Assembly (NCBI RefSeq): GCF_963506605.1
Contig: NC_083288.1
Location: 33,666,001-33,730,000, forward strand
From: Zootoca vivipara
Taxonomy: Eukaryota
Direction of reading: 5' to 3'
Length of the DNA: 64,000 nucleotides
Shown: one piece after another, positions 35,651 through 48,700 of the stretch
Layout of the letters: each line of letters starts with the position of its first letter
Numbering within the stretch: position 1 is the stretch's first letter
The notes under the pieces: generated by a model
What the model saw: the letters and a program-made list of their open reading frames with translations, nothing else
What the model was told of the DNA's origin: nothing
Databases searched by the model: none
Position numbers and translations under genes: made by a program

Positions 35651-36788
35651 GTTTAGAGAGCCCTTGGTGGCCATTGGCAACCCAAGAGAATAGTCCGTTC
35701 TTCCTGCCTAGAGATGTGAACAGAGACAGAGATTTGGAAGGTTGCCAAGGGAACGGGAAGTGATGTACCACAAAGAATTTTGGGTCTTTGGCATGAGGCT
35801 TTGGATAGCTGAGGAAGGGGCAGAACGATCTTGGATGGCTGCCTGAAGGCCGGTGGGGAAAGATACTTTAGACTCCAGTGCTGCCGTGCCTCAAGCTAAC
35901 AAAATGTAGGGTGGGCGACATCCATGTTGTGGCAGGCTTTGCTCTACGTGCATTCATGAAAATTGGAAACCTCTGAACACGTCTTAAAAGGGGCCATTGA
36001 TTCTGGGTAACCCACAGATACAAGGAAGCCTGCTTTTGTAAACATCCTCAAGCATCAGCTACATGTTTTGGTCTCAGTCTCTCCCCCCCCCCCCCAAGTT
36101 TATGGGCTTCTCATCCATCTCTCACCTGAGCTCCTGGGCCTCAGTAAATGGTACCCATTCCAATTCACAAAGTATGGTAGTGTATGGAAGGAATGGGCAT
36201 TCAACAGCCCTCTTAATAGCATGCCATATTAAGAGAGACTGAGTGCACAATATAGCATACTCGGGGGTCATGGAACAAACTTCCCTCAGCAGGCTGTAAA
36301 AAGTTCCTTTTTCCAGAAGTGCTGTTGTTTCTTGTTTGGATTAGCTTTTACTTTGGTGGTTAAACCATCATGGGAGAATATTAATCTAGTGCAGGGTGGA
36401 TGATGCAATAGATTGATATAGATGAGTGATTTCATGGGATTCTTTATCCAACTCATTCCTGGAACAGGCTATGTCTCTTTGGAGATACTGGGCCAAGACA
36501 CCTGCTCCTCCAGTGTCTCCTATGACACCTTTGGTAGACCATCACTTGTTTCACAAGTTATGCAAAATGTTGGGCAGTGGGAAAGTTGGGTTTTACCATT
36601 AAATATTTTTATAGAGGAGCGACTCCTTTATCAGATGCCATCCAAAGTTCTGCCTATTCCACCTAATTGGTTCTTGATATACCAGGTTCTTCATTTAATA
36701 AATGATCCTGAGATCAAATCACGCAACTGAAACTCTCATTTTTTAATTTTTAACAATGAAGCCACTGACCCTGGTTTAATCTCTAAAC

Positions 36789-37590
36789 CAGAGCTTTCCA
36801 AACTGTGTGTTGTGACACATTAGTATCACGCGAATGTTCCCCACGCTCCTCCCGGGGCTGGAAAGAGCTTAGTTTAATCCCCGGTTTCCTAGTAAAACCA
36901 AATTAGAGTGTTTCAAAATGATGCAAAACTGAATTACCATTTTGAGAAGTGATACATGGACCATATATAAACGCCATCTCCAACCCCTCGAAAGATTCCA
37001 TCAACGGTGTCTCCGAAAATTTTTACACATCACTTGGGAAGACAGGTGAACTAATATCAGTGTACTGGAAGAAGCAAAGATCACCAGTGTTGAAGCACTG
37101 ATTCTTCAACATCAACTTTGTTGGAAAGGTCATGTTGTGCGGATGCCTGATGATTGTCTTCCAAAGCAAGACAATTCTGTATTCCGAACTTAAAAATGGA
37201 AAGCGTAATGCTGGTGGTCAACAAGAGGTTTAAAGACTGTCTCAAGGCAAATCTTTTAAAAATGTAGTATAAACACTGACAACTGGGAGACACTGACCAA
37301 AGGTGTCATGGGCTTTGAAAACACTCAAACTCAGGACGCAAGGGAGAAACGTGCTAAGAGGAAGGCACGCTTGGCAAATCCACACCGTGATCAACTCCCG
37401 CCTGGAAACCAATGTCCCCACTGTGGGAGGATGTGTGAATCCAGAATTGGCCTCCACAGTCATTTACGGACCCATTGTTAAAACCGTGTTTATGGAAGAC
37501 AATCTTACTCGGCTACGAGTGATCGCCAAAGAAGAGAAGAAGAAATGTCTAAAAAGTGTGTCACCAACATGAAAAGTTTGGCAAGCTCTG
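36789..37590. mobile_element. hAT MITE containing an RTE LINE 3' fragment (about 36945-37545, plus strand), all within decayed L1 sequence
   Basis: CAGAGCTTTCCAAACT / AGTTTGGCAAGCTCTG; TSD CTCTAAAC. The insert translates (with breaks) ITWED..NISVLEEAKITSVEAL...GHVVRMPD..LPKQ and has a (GAA)n tail. Confidence 0.75.
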
Positions 37591-38429
37591 CTCTAAACCA
37601 TGTTAGATTCTGTCTTACACCACTGGTGACTTGAGGAAATGCTGGGAGGCTGATTTAAACATTATTGATTTGGGGGGGGGGTGGCATGTTATGTGGGTAT
37701 CTCCAATTGTGAAGCCAATCTTTTTATTTGTAAAAGAAAATATGCTGAAACTTATTCATAGGTGGCATACTGTGCAGAATTTTGGGAAGAGGAAGTGATA
37801 CAAGTGATGGAGGGGATGTGCAAACCCAGGCTCATACTGCCTATATATGGTGGGAATGTCCTTATGCTTTTTAAAATTATTTTTTGACATTGTTAATATT
37901 GCAAAATATGACATATCACTTGATCCAAAACAGGCTGCTCAGGCTCAGTTCAGCTGTTCCAAGACTCTTGTTGTGCACTTTGTGACTGCAGCTAGACTGG
38001 TCATTTCTGAGAACTGGAAATCCTTTACTAGAAATCAATTCACAGAATAGATCTCCCAGGCTGGAAGGAAAACAAGACTACAGACAATGTGCAGAATTAT
38101 CTGAACTTTAATTTCTTACATAATGACTAAAGAAATGTTATCATCTGCCTTCAATACATATGCATCTACAGAGCATCTATTCTGGAATGAAAATATTTTG
38201 GCAACTCCTTGTCTTTTTGTAATCTATGTTGTTTCTCTCCCCCTGAGCAACATATTTCCATTTTTTCTTGTGTTTGTATTTTCCCAAGTTTATGAAAATC
38301 AATAAATACACTATAAAAAAGAGAGAGAGTGGCTTTGTGGAGACCAAAGCTAATCTTTGCCCTGCAAGAAACAGGGAGAAGAGGCTGATGAAGTGAGTGC
38401 AATGCAGTTGTACAATAAAGCCACGGGGT

Positions 38430-38737
38430 TTTCACTCAAATCCAGGACAAGTTTTTAATCTGCAAGTAAACAAAACGAGGGGGGAGAACTGAACAAGATA
38501 AATTGAGATAAACTTCTGCTCTGGGCTCAGGTAAAGAAAGGGCAAAGATGTAGTCTTCAGCGCCATTTTCAACATATCTTAGGCAACTTTCCAAACCTAA
38601 GAAAACAAAGAGGATTCTGTTAAGAAGAGGGATTATGCCTCCCATCACACCAATCTCTTGCAGAAAAACACCTAAATGGGGATTTTGGGTGGATCCCGGA
38701 AAGCAGACGGGGAAACAGCTTTTCAACCTACTCAGAA
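38430..38737 (-). other. CSTF2: Probable CSTF2 terminal 3'-UTR exon and poly(A) signal
   Basis: Donor GTAAGA lies 14 nt after the stop (39956-39957). Pyrimidine tract and AG at about 38728-38740; ATTAAA at 38454-38459. Mammalian CSTF2 also has a non-coding last exon. Confidence 0.5.
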
Positions 38738-39339
38738 CTGGTGGGACAAGAAGCAAGGGTTAAAACTGCAGAGAACTTGGCAAAGGTTTGTGAAGGACAT
38801 CAGTGCAATTAGGCACTACTGAGTGCTGAGAGGTGCCTGGGCCTAGAAGGTTGTTAAAAAGTCTGGGCATGCATTGGTTTGGAGCTGCTTGAAGTTAGGG
38901 GTGGTGCTGGCTAGACTCTCCACCAGATCTTTTACAACCAGCATGCCTCTATTCTGTGCCTGCCATCATTTTCCTTGGGCTTTTCCAGCATAGTTCCCCC
39001 CATATGAAAGCTCCTGCAGAAGTGCAACAGAACACGCTGCTGCGGCAGAGACATATTAAATAACTGCGCCTCTTTGCTCTTCCTTCATAGAAATCTGGGC
39101 CTGTGGGCCCAACCTCCTCCCTCCCCCACAAAGGCACAATGCTCCATGACCTTCTCCTGTGCAAGAACCAATGAAATGGTCAGGAGAAGATTAGAGCAGG
39201 GGTGGGCGGGTGTGCTTGCAGACCTCCCTTTATTTTGGGGGGCTTTGACAGGAGAGCAGCACTGGAAACAGAAGGGTCTTTCTCACTTTGCTTTCTCTGA
39301 GAGAACTAGAGCTGCCTGGCCAGTACAATTTCTATTTTT

Positions 39340-39935
39340 TTTCTTTTGACAAAGTAATAATCCTAAATAAATAAGAATAAAATGTGCACCCCACCACCGA
39401 GACCATTCCATTGCAACTATCCAGCCTCCCAAAATTTCAACACCTCTTGCGATGGTTTGACCCCTTTCTGTTTCGACAGTACAAATTCTACAAACACCTT
39501 CCATTATTTCCTCAAAATAATTTCTCCTGCGCATTCCCCACCTTACCTTAATGGCACATGTTAATTTATCATTAATAGCTATATCCCACACCTCTTTATA
39601 CCATTCTCCCATTTTATATTCTGCTTGCCCTTTCCACTTCTTTGCTATCATAATTCAGGAAGCTGTCAATAAATTTGTGAGCAAGTCCTTCGTAGCCTGT
39701 GAACCTTCCACCCCATTGTAAATTGATAATAATGCTACTTCTCGACTTTCAGCCAGCTTTAACCCAATGATTTCTGCTATCTCCTTAAACACCCTTTGCC
39801 AGAAAAATTGTATACAGATTTACACCCCCACCACATGTGATCACATGTGATCATAATTCCCAGTTTCCTGGCATCCTCTCCAACATAACACCGAAGATTC
39901 CTTGTTTATTTGATTTAATCTGACTGCCGGACAAC
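39340..39935 (-). mobile_element. L1 3' fragment in the CSTF2 3'-UTR intron
   Basis: MIAKKWKGQAEYKMGEWYKEVWDIAINDKLTC; same family as 8399-8912. Confidence 0.75.
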
Positions 39936-39971
39936 CATTTCTCAGCTCCCCTCTTACCTAGAGAATGCAGA

Positions 39972-42900
39972 TCAAGGGGCACTGGTGGACTTTTGTATCT
40001 GCTCTTTCAGAATCAGGATGCTCTGCCTTTGCTCTGGAGGCAACATAGCTATCTGGTCTGCCGTCAGCTGGAGGACCTGCATGATGAGTGCAGCCTATGA
40101 AGAGATGAGAAAAACGGAAAAGGGTGCAATCAGACCAATTGTGTTGTTGTTTTTCCTAGAAAGGACTTGGCAATTAAATTACACTAAAAATAAATAAATA
40201 CTAATAACCACACAACATAAGGGCAGCATATTACATGCTAAAAGCTAGTTTGAAAAGATCTGCAAAGCACATTGTGTTGCAAGTTGAGGGATGCACAACA
40301 ATTTCTGATTCCAGAGCCTTGCTCCTACTGCCACCAATTTTGCCTCCAGCAGTAGCCAGCAAGCACTTTCCTGGCCTCTTGGCACTAGTGCCACTGGGGA
40401 ATATAGGAGGAAGGGGTAATGAGGTGGAGGCACACTGGTGGGAGTGCAGGATTGGCTCCGCCAGTGCATTTGAACTACGCTGACCTCCGCTGTGATTGGA
40501 GGTCATGTAAGCGCTGCCACCCTGTCCTGCTGACCCCTACTGCTTGCCTCTTCAATGGAGAACTCAAAGAAGGCAATAATGTTTGGCTTACCTTTTCATG
40601 ATCCTGGGGTGTTACCTGGCTTTGGCCGGGACTGAACCCTCCAGGCTGGCCAGCTGCTTGTACGCTTGGTCCTGGCATGCCTCCGGCTTGCATTGCTGCG
40701 GCAGGCATGTTAGGCACCTGTGAACACAAAGAAAGATTTCTGAAAATGTATTGCCCCCTCTTTGGTCATGTGGGTGCAAAGGGATGACATTCACATGGTC
40801 TCCGAAAGCAGCTCCAGGCCCTACTAGCTGTACTACCTCTGAACACTGAGCTGGGGGGAGGGACCACGGAAAAAGTAAGGGGGCAACCTTTGATTAGAAA
40901 AGCACATGGGGACGTGGCCTGTGCTGGTAGCAATTCACTAACACAGCCAATTTAATTTCCGACCACAATTTCAAAGAAATAGACCACCACTCCTGCTCCC
41001 TTCCCCAATGCATGGATTTTCCAGCCAACGACTTAGAAAGGATTAAGTATAACTGTTAGGAAAAGCTTGATAGAGTATTAGGAGAGAATCCCTATTATGA
41101 TTTCCACAGTCACCTCCCGAGCCAAGGACTCGGCGCTCTCTAGTGATCTCGCATACTGCTGGGTTCTGAACTTTGCACTAGGAATTGTTCTCTGCTGCAA
41201 AGGCACATGGCCTTGCAGGGTGTTTGCCTTTACCTCTAGCACAGGCGTTGGGAACCTGTGACACCATGCCCCACCTCCAAATGTTGCTGGACTATGAATC
41301 CAGTAATCACTGACCAAACTTTGCTGGGACTGATGAGAGCTGGAGTCCAGTAATCTCAGGAGGGGCGCAAGTTCCTCATCCGTGCTCTAGAGCACGGTTT
41401 CCCAAACTTCGGTCTCCAGCTGTTTTTGGACTACAGTTCCCATCAGCCCTGCTTGTCCTGCTAGCTAGGGGTGATGGGAGTTGTAGTCCAAAAACAGCTG
41501 GCAACCCAAATTTGGGAAACCCTAGTCTAGAGTTTTATCTAAGTGATCAGTCAACCCTGAAGCCACTTCCAGGTCTTGGTCAGGAACCAACTAGGGGGGC
41601 ATTCAAGATGAAGATTCCTTCCTCCCTCCCTCCCTCTCCCACCTCCATTTGGAGTTTGGATTGTTATGCCAATAGGCTGGCAAGACCAAGTGAGGCTGTC
41701 CTTGCACTGGCAACAAGGACCCCTCGGTGAAAGTGCAACAGACCACGGTAGTCCCACATACCTGTCGAGGCCCCTGCGAGACAGTGGATGGCATGCTAAG
41801 AGGTCCAGGGCCTTGAATGGCTCCAGTCATTGGACCCCTTGGATTGGGACCAGGGCCCCTTGAGTCCATGCCTCTGGGTTCCATCCCCCTGGGTGGCTCC
41901 ATTCCCCTGGGTGGCTCCATGCCTCTGGGGGGCTCCATCCCCCTGGGTTCCATGCCCCGAGGAGGTTCCATGCCTCTGGGCTCCATCCCACGAGACTCCA
42001 TTCCTCTGGGCTCCATGCCCCGCATTTCCATCACTCTGGGCTCCATTCCTCTGGGCTCCATCCCTCGGGGTTCCATGCCCCTGGCATCCATCACTCTGGG
42101 CTCCATTCCTCTGGGCTCCATCCCTCGGGGTTCCATGCCTCTGCCATCCATGCCTCGGGGCTCCATTCCTCTCGGATCTCTTCCACCTGCATTGAAGACC
42201 ATCAAACTTAACACATCTGATAGACGGAGAAGCAAACCTGGGAGTTACTTGCCCAAGTTAGGGGGAATTAAATAACTGATTGTACCAGTTTGATTTTTAA
42301 TGTTTTCGTGGCTTGATTTTGTTTGTAGCCACAGAAGTTTTGCTTTGGGACAAGGATATAATTTGATCCTCTAGAACATGCATGGTATACCTTGTATAAT
42401 TATTTCAATTTGTTATTGTGTGGTTTATTGTACAAGTTATTTTATTATCTGCATCTGTTACAAAGGGGAACAAAACATTCATTTCATCTATCACTCCCCT
42501 GAGGGATCTTTTACTGTGCTGGGATTTATACCGCTGGCATTAAATAAATGCCCCTTTTCATTTGACCTTGAAACCGTCTCTCACCTCGGGTGTCCATCAT
42601 GGGACCTCGTGGCTCTCCCATCAAAGGCCTCGGTTCTCCCATTGGCCCACCTCTCATTTCGTGGGGGGGTGGCCCACGATTGTCATGACCAGCCATGTGG
42701 TGCATGGGGGGCCCCTGGTGAGGAGGCCCCTGGTGCGATGGCCCAAGGTAACCCCTGCAGAAGAGGATGGGAAGGGAGGGGGTGGAGGAGGAGAAAAGAC
42801 ATCAAAACCCAGTTCCCATTCTTCTCACACAGCAAACAAGACGAGACAATCTCTGCCTGGATTTCACCCCCTTCCAAGAGGCAAGTAGAAGGCTCAAATG

Positions 42901-45900
42901 TTATCGCATTACAAAAAAATAATGCACTGCAACAAAACATTCTGCACACATAAAAGAAGATGGCCGGCAGAAGGGTTCCAGCCTCGCTACCTTCCTGTTT
43001 CTTTTGTGAAAGTTCCCACTTGCAATACAGTGGCACAACTTGGACAATCCTGCAACAAACCACCGGGACTACAGCTTCTCCATGTGGCAAGTCCCCAGGA
43101 CTCCAGAGGAAGAGACACAGTTGCTTCCTACTTGAATTTTTAGAATGCGAGCAGTCCAGGCTACCAATAACCTATCATTATTACTAACATCCGCTTTAGA
43201 AGTTCTAGGCCATTCTGCCTACCTGGGTTCCACTTCTCCAGTGACTGACAGCAGAGTTCCCCCACGCGGATCATTTGGGGCATCTCCCAGAAGGCCTCGG
43301 GGTGGTGGACCACTAGCTGGCATTGGCCCACGCTGCATGGGGGCCCGTGGATCCGGCATGGGCACTGTTGGGAAGGCAGATAGCAGGGGGAATTAAAATC
43401 ATGGGGGAGAAGCGTGATTCCACTTTGTGAGCTTCGGCTTCACTTGAGAAAGAAGAGGGGACAAGTTGGGCTTCACAGAGGGCAGGTATGCACAGATGCA
43501 GTTGCAGAGAGATGGGTTAATTTCAAAAGCTCAAGGCTTTGAATTGGCTGCCACATACTCAACACGTGTTGCGACGCCAAGTCTTTGTTAACAGGAGGAG
43601 GCCAGGAGATCAAACAAACTTGCAAGAGGGAGCCTCCTTGCACAAAGATGGTGTTTCTCCCTCTCCCCACGATAGCATGTCCCACACCACTCTCTGAGCC
43701 ATGTGGCCTATACTCCCAACATAAGCAGAGGCCTTGTCTTGCATACCCCCCGGGGCATGCAATGAGCAAGGGGAGCCAACCGCAACTACAGGTACCTTGA
43801 ACTCGCTCAATAGAGGAAGGCCTGGCAGGTCCCACGGGAGAGAGCTGCAGGTTCCCTGGCCCGGCAGCAGGAAGAGAGGGAGAAAGAGCAGACACATCAA
43901 CGGGAGGTGCACTTGCTGCATCTGCGTGTGCATAGATGCACACCTGCCTAGAGTGCCCCTTCCTCTTCTTCTGGCACAGCTCTGGAGACACTTCCCTCTT
44001 AAACAAACAGGAGGGACCACTCCTTTAGAATACGATTCCATAGTGTGGCAGTGCCTACACTTTGGAACTCCTTGCCTATTGATGTCAAGCCAGGCGCCTT
44101 CACGGTCCTCTTTTCCGCGCCTGCTAAAACGTTCTTGTTTAGACAAGCCTACCCAGATGACTAAGAAAGTTGAGGCAATTTTAATCAGTTTTAGTATTTT
44201 AACTTTTGCAAGTTTTAAAGTATGGTTGTAAATGTTTTCTTGACTACAGCAGCCAATGTAATGCTTTGTTTCTGCTTTTTATTACAATCGAAAAGAAAAG
44301 TTTTGTGCATCCCTTCCCCCTCCCCACCTGCGCACAGAAGGCGGAAGTAGCCAGCAGGGCTCCCGCCGCTTCCCGTCACGCCGGCGGTGCGGAAGGGCCA
44401 GCGGGCCTCCGGCCGCCGCTCTGCCTCGGGCCACAACGTTCCGGCGGCGCGGCTCCCGCCACCATCAGTCACCCCGCCGCCGCTCTGTCTCCCGCTGCCA
44501 CTCTGCCTCGGGCCATGCGGCCCACAATATTCTGGCAGCAGGGCTCCCGCCGCCATCAGTCGCCTCGGCGGCACACCTTCCTTGAGTTGGCGGCCTGCCG
44601 GGTTGGCGCCAATCAGCGCCGCACTGAGCACTGAATCGAGGAAGCGGCCTGCAGGGGCAGCGCCCAGCAGCGTCGCACGGAACACCACCTCCTCAATCCA
44701 GCAGGCCGCCTTCTCGATCAGGTCTGCAGAGTCAGCATCTAGCAGTGCCGCACTGGATTGAGGAGGTGGTGTTCCGTGCGGCGCTGCTGGGCGCCAACCC
44801 TGCAGGCCACTTCCTCGATCCGGTGCTCAGCACGGCACTGATCGGTGCCGACCCGGCAAGCTGCCAGCAGGCCACAGTCTAAAAGGCAGTAGGATAGAAG
44901 AATCATTCCACAATTTGTTTTCATGAAAACAGTTCAGAGCCACTCAGAAATCTCAAAAACGAGCAGCGCTGATACTCTTAAGACAGAGCAAACGCCTGGG
45001 ACCCGGCAGGCCGCCTCCTCGATCCGGCGCAGCGCTGCTGGGCGCCGACCCTGCAGGTAGACCTATGGCTTATTTTGGGGGTATGTCTTATATTTTACAA
45101 AGTTTTAAAATCCTGCCCTGGCTTATTTTATGACTACGGCTTAAAAAGGGGGAAAACACGGTATATAACAAATGTGAATGGGGACTCGAGCATGAGAAAC
45201 ACAGGTACAAACCCCCCACTTAGCAACAAAGCTCACTAAAGATGCTATCCTTTGCATAGCTTATTAAGAATAAACTCCATTCAACTCAGAGCTAGGCTAC
45301 TGGTCCCTCCTTCTCAGCCAGTTATTACTGAGGATAATACTACAACTTGCCCTTGGAACCTGACAGGAAAAAGTAATAAATAAATGCAAAAAATAGGCTT
45401 ATTTCTTTATGTCCATCAGATCCATGAGCTTCTGGAAGCATTTGGAGGTTGGAGCCTTAGGGCTAAAATGGGATTTGCGGGCTGGCTCAAAAAGGCAGTT
45501 CCAAAAAGATGTTTTGTTATGTACTGCAGAACCAGAGGTACATTTCAGTACAACCAGGTGGAANNNNNNNNNNNNNNNNNNNNNNNNNNNNNNNNNNNNN
45601 NNNNNNNNNNNNNNNNNNNNNNNNNNNNNNNNNNNNNNNNNNNNNNNNNNNNNNNNNNNNNNNNNNNNNNNNNNNNNNNNNNNNNNNNNNNNNNNNNNNN
45701 NNNNNNNNNNNNNNNNNNNNNNNNNNNNNNNNNNNNNNNACAAAGCAAGCCCATTAACTTTGTGTGAAAGAAAAAGGAGGGAGTGGGAAGCATTTCAAGG
45801 AGTGACGCCCTCTGCTGGCTAAGTGACAGAAGACAGCCATATGCTTTACCTTGACCACGTTCCAAGAGCATTGGACCACCTCCTGGCATGCCACCTGGGG

Positions 45901-48654
45901 AGAAAAAGAGCCATGTTAAGCAAAGGAGGCATTGGGTTGATTGTGGGGGGGGGTGCTGGGACACTCAGGGATTCAAAACCAGTCTTGTAAACAAGCCAAC
46001 AACTACCCTGCATTTTATTTATGTTTACTAGTCCACTATCAGACTGTTGGTCTAAACCACTGAGCCTAGGGCTTACCGATCAGAAAGTCGGTGGTTCGAA
46101 TCCCCATGACGGGGTGAGCTCCCAATGTTCGGTCCCTGCTCGTGCCAACCTAGCAGTTCGAAAGCACGTCAAAGTGCAAGTAGATAAATAGGTATCGCTC
46201 TGGCGGGAAGGTAAACGGCGTTTCCATGTGCTGCTCTGGTTCGCCAGAAGCGGCTTATCCATGCTGGCCACATGACCTGGAACAGGGGTCCGCAAACTAA
46301 GGCCCGGGGGCCAAATGCGGCCCAATCGCCTTCTAAATCCGGCCCGCAGACGGTCCAGGAATCAGCATGTTTTTACATGAGTAAAATGTGTCCTTTTATT
46401 TAAAAGGCATCTCTGGGTTATTTGTGGGGCATAGGAATTTGTCCATATTTTTTTTCCAAAATATAGTCTGCCCCCCCACAAGGTCTGAGGGACAGTGGAC
46501 CGGCCCCCTGCTGAAAAAGTTTGCTGACCCCTGACCTGGAAGCTGTCTGTGGACAAACGCCAGCTCCCTCGGCCTATAAAGCGCGAGGAGTGCTGCAACC
46601 CCAGAGTCGTCTGCGACCGGATTTAACGGGGGTCCCTTTACCTCTATCTATCAGACTAGAAGCCTGTGTTTCCATGCTGGATGTGGAAAGAAGGAAAGCC
46701 TCATCTTCCTAGAAGGCTACTGAAAAAAGAAAAGGAAAAAGCATTCTACCATACCTCTTCCTCCAGCATTCTACATTGAGAAAGAGACTTTCCTTCTCCC
46801 ATATCTAGCACAGAAGTGGGCTGTAGGAGGGGGGATGTGAGCAACCCATCCCTCCTTCTCTTGCTCCCTCACATGGAATTCTAGAATGCCTGCGTTGTCA
46901 GGCGAGTTGTTTAAAAAAAAAAAAGCTGATTTAAAACAGCAAAGTGAAAGCCCAGCAAGGCACGCAAAAGACAAAAATAAATAAAATAAAACCAAGAAAG
47001 AAGGGTTTCTTAAAATGTTAAAATGTTAGAAAAGGAAAATAAACAAATTGTATTGCTGTCCTCCACATCAGATCACTAAAGATTATAAATACCAATTACC
47101 TCAACTTTCAACCTGGCTAAACCGCTTAACCCTATGCATGTTTCTTAAGAATGATGTTCTACATTCACTGGTGCTGACCCAGAGTTATGTGTGCACAGGA
47201 TTATAGTCTTCCAATGTTGCCATCCTGGATTCCACTTCTCGCCATGTGTGGCCAAATTCAGCCCTTTCCTGCCCTGAGGTTTCCTATATCTCCTTGCCCC
47301 TGGAACCCAGAGACCCTGAGTCAAAAATTATGAGTTGCCAAATCAATCACACACACACACACACACACACACACGAACTCACCTCCAGGAGCCAAGGGGC
47401 CAGGGCCAGGGCCAGAGCTTGGCATTTGCCCTGGGGCTGGCACTCCTCCCTGCATGGGTGGTTGCATCATAGGGGGGGCTCCATTGACATGCATACCCCC
47501 CTGCTTGGAAAGAGGGAATGAAAACAGATTGTGAGGCCTTATTCTCACTGAGGTGGGCAATTAATGTCTGGTCCTAAGTTTGTCCCTACCTTATTAACCC
47601 CATTTAAATACTAATATAACAAATATAGCTGCTAATAAAGGACTAATAAAAGCTCTATGACAGGCATCCCCAAACTTCAGCCCTCCAGATGTTTTGGACT
47701 ACAATTCCCATCATCCCTGACCACTGGGTCCTGTTAGCTAGGGATCATGGGAGTTGTAGGCCAAAACATCTGGAGGGCCGCAGTTGGGGGATGCCTGCTC
47801 TATGATATTTATCAAATTATTTATATTGGATATATTCATGTTGAATAAAGGTTTAAATAAAACCATCATAAAAACAACAAATAGGAAAGGACATGAACAG
47901 ATTGTGACATAGACAACTAGCATATCATTTACAACTGGGAAATAAGACTCAGCCCACAGAGCAAGGGATAAGATTCTACTCAAAGCAACAAACTCTTACT
48001 ATTGGTTGTGGCTGGGAGGAGGGGACGTTTGGCTGGTTCATCTGTGCATTTGGACCAGGACCAGGGCCAGGACCAGGCCCTGGTCCGGGCCCAGGCCCAG
48101 GCCCGGGACCTTGCCCAGGCCCAGGCCCTTGTCCTGGACCCGCTTGCAGGCTGCCTGGAATCAGAGCTGGGACGGTCGTCTGCCGATGCAAGATTTTCTA
48201 GGGAAGGGAAATGGCAGAGTAAAGCCGATTAGGTGTTCATGTTGCGGAAACACATGGCCCCACCTCAGGGGCAGCACCCCCGCTTCCCCAAGGCAGGAGG
48301 CGTCGCAAGCATACCAGAGCGATCTCCGGATCCACAATCCGCATCACCACCTGGGCCTGCAGCAGGGCATAGGCGAGCTGAGGGTTCTGCAGCAGCATGC
48401 TCCGAGCCTCCTGAGGGCTGTTCTGGACACAGAGCTGGAGACAGAAAGAGAGAGGATGGGAAAGCACACAGGGCAGCTAGATTGAAATCCCCCAGCTTTT
48501 AAAGCAGGTGTGGAGAACCTATGGCCCTTCCAATGTGGCTAAACTGCAACTCCCATCAGCCCTAGCAAGCACAGCCAATGGGCAGGGATGATGGAGAGCT
48601 GTAGTTCAGCAATACTTGGGGGGGGGGCATAGAGCATTTCTCCCCAGTCCAGGC

Positions 48655-48700
<46 letters not shown>

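Noticed and set aside
41817-42275. Plus-strand ORFs with PLGSI/PWVAP repeats
   Set aside because: Antisense shadows of the CSTF2 MEPRG repeat.
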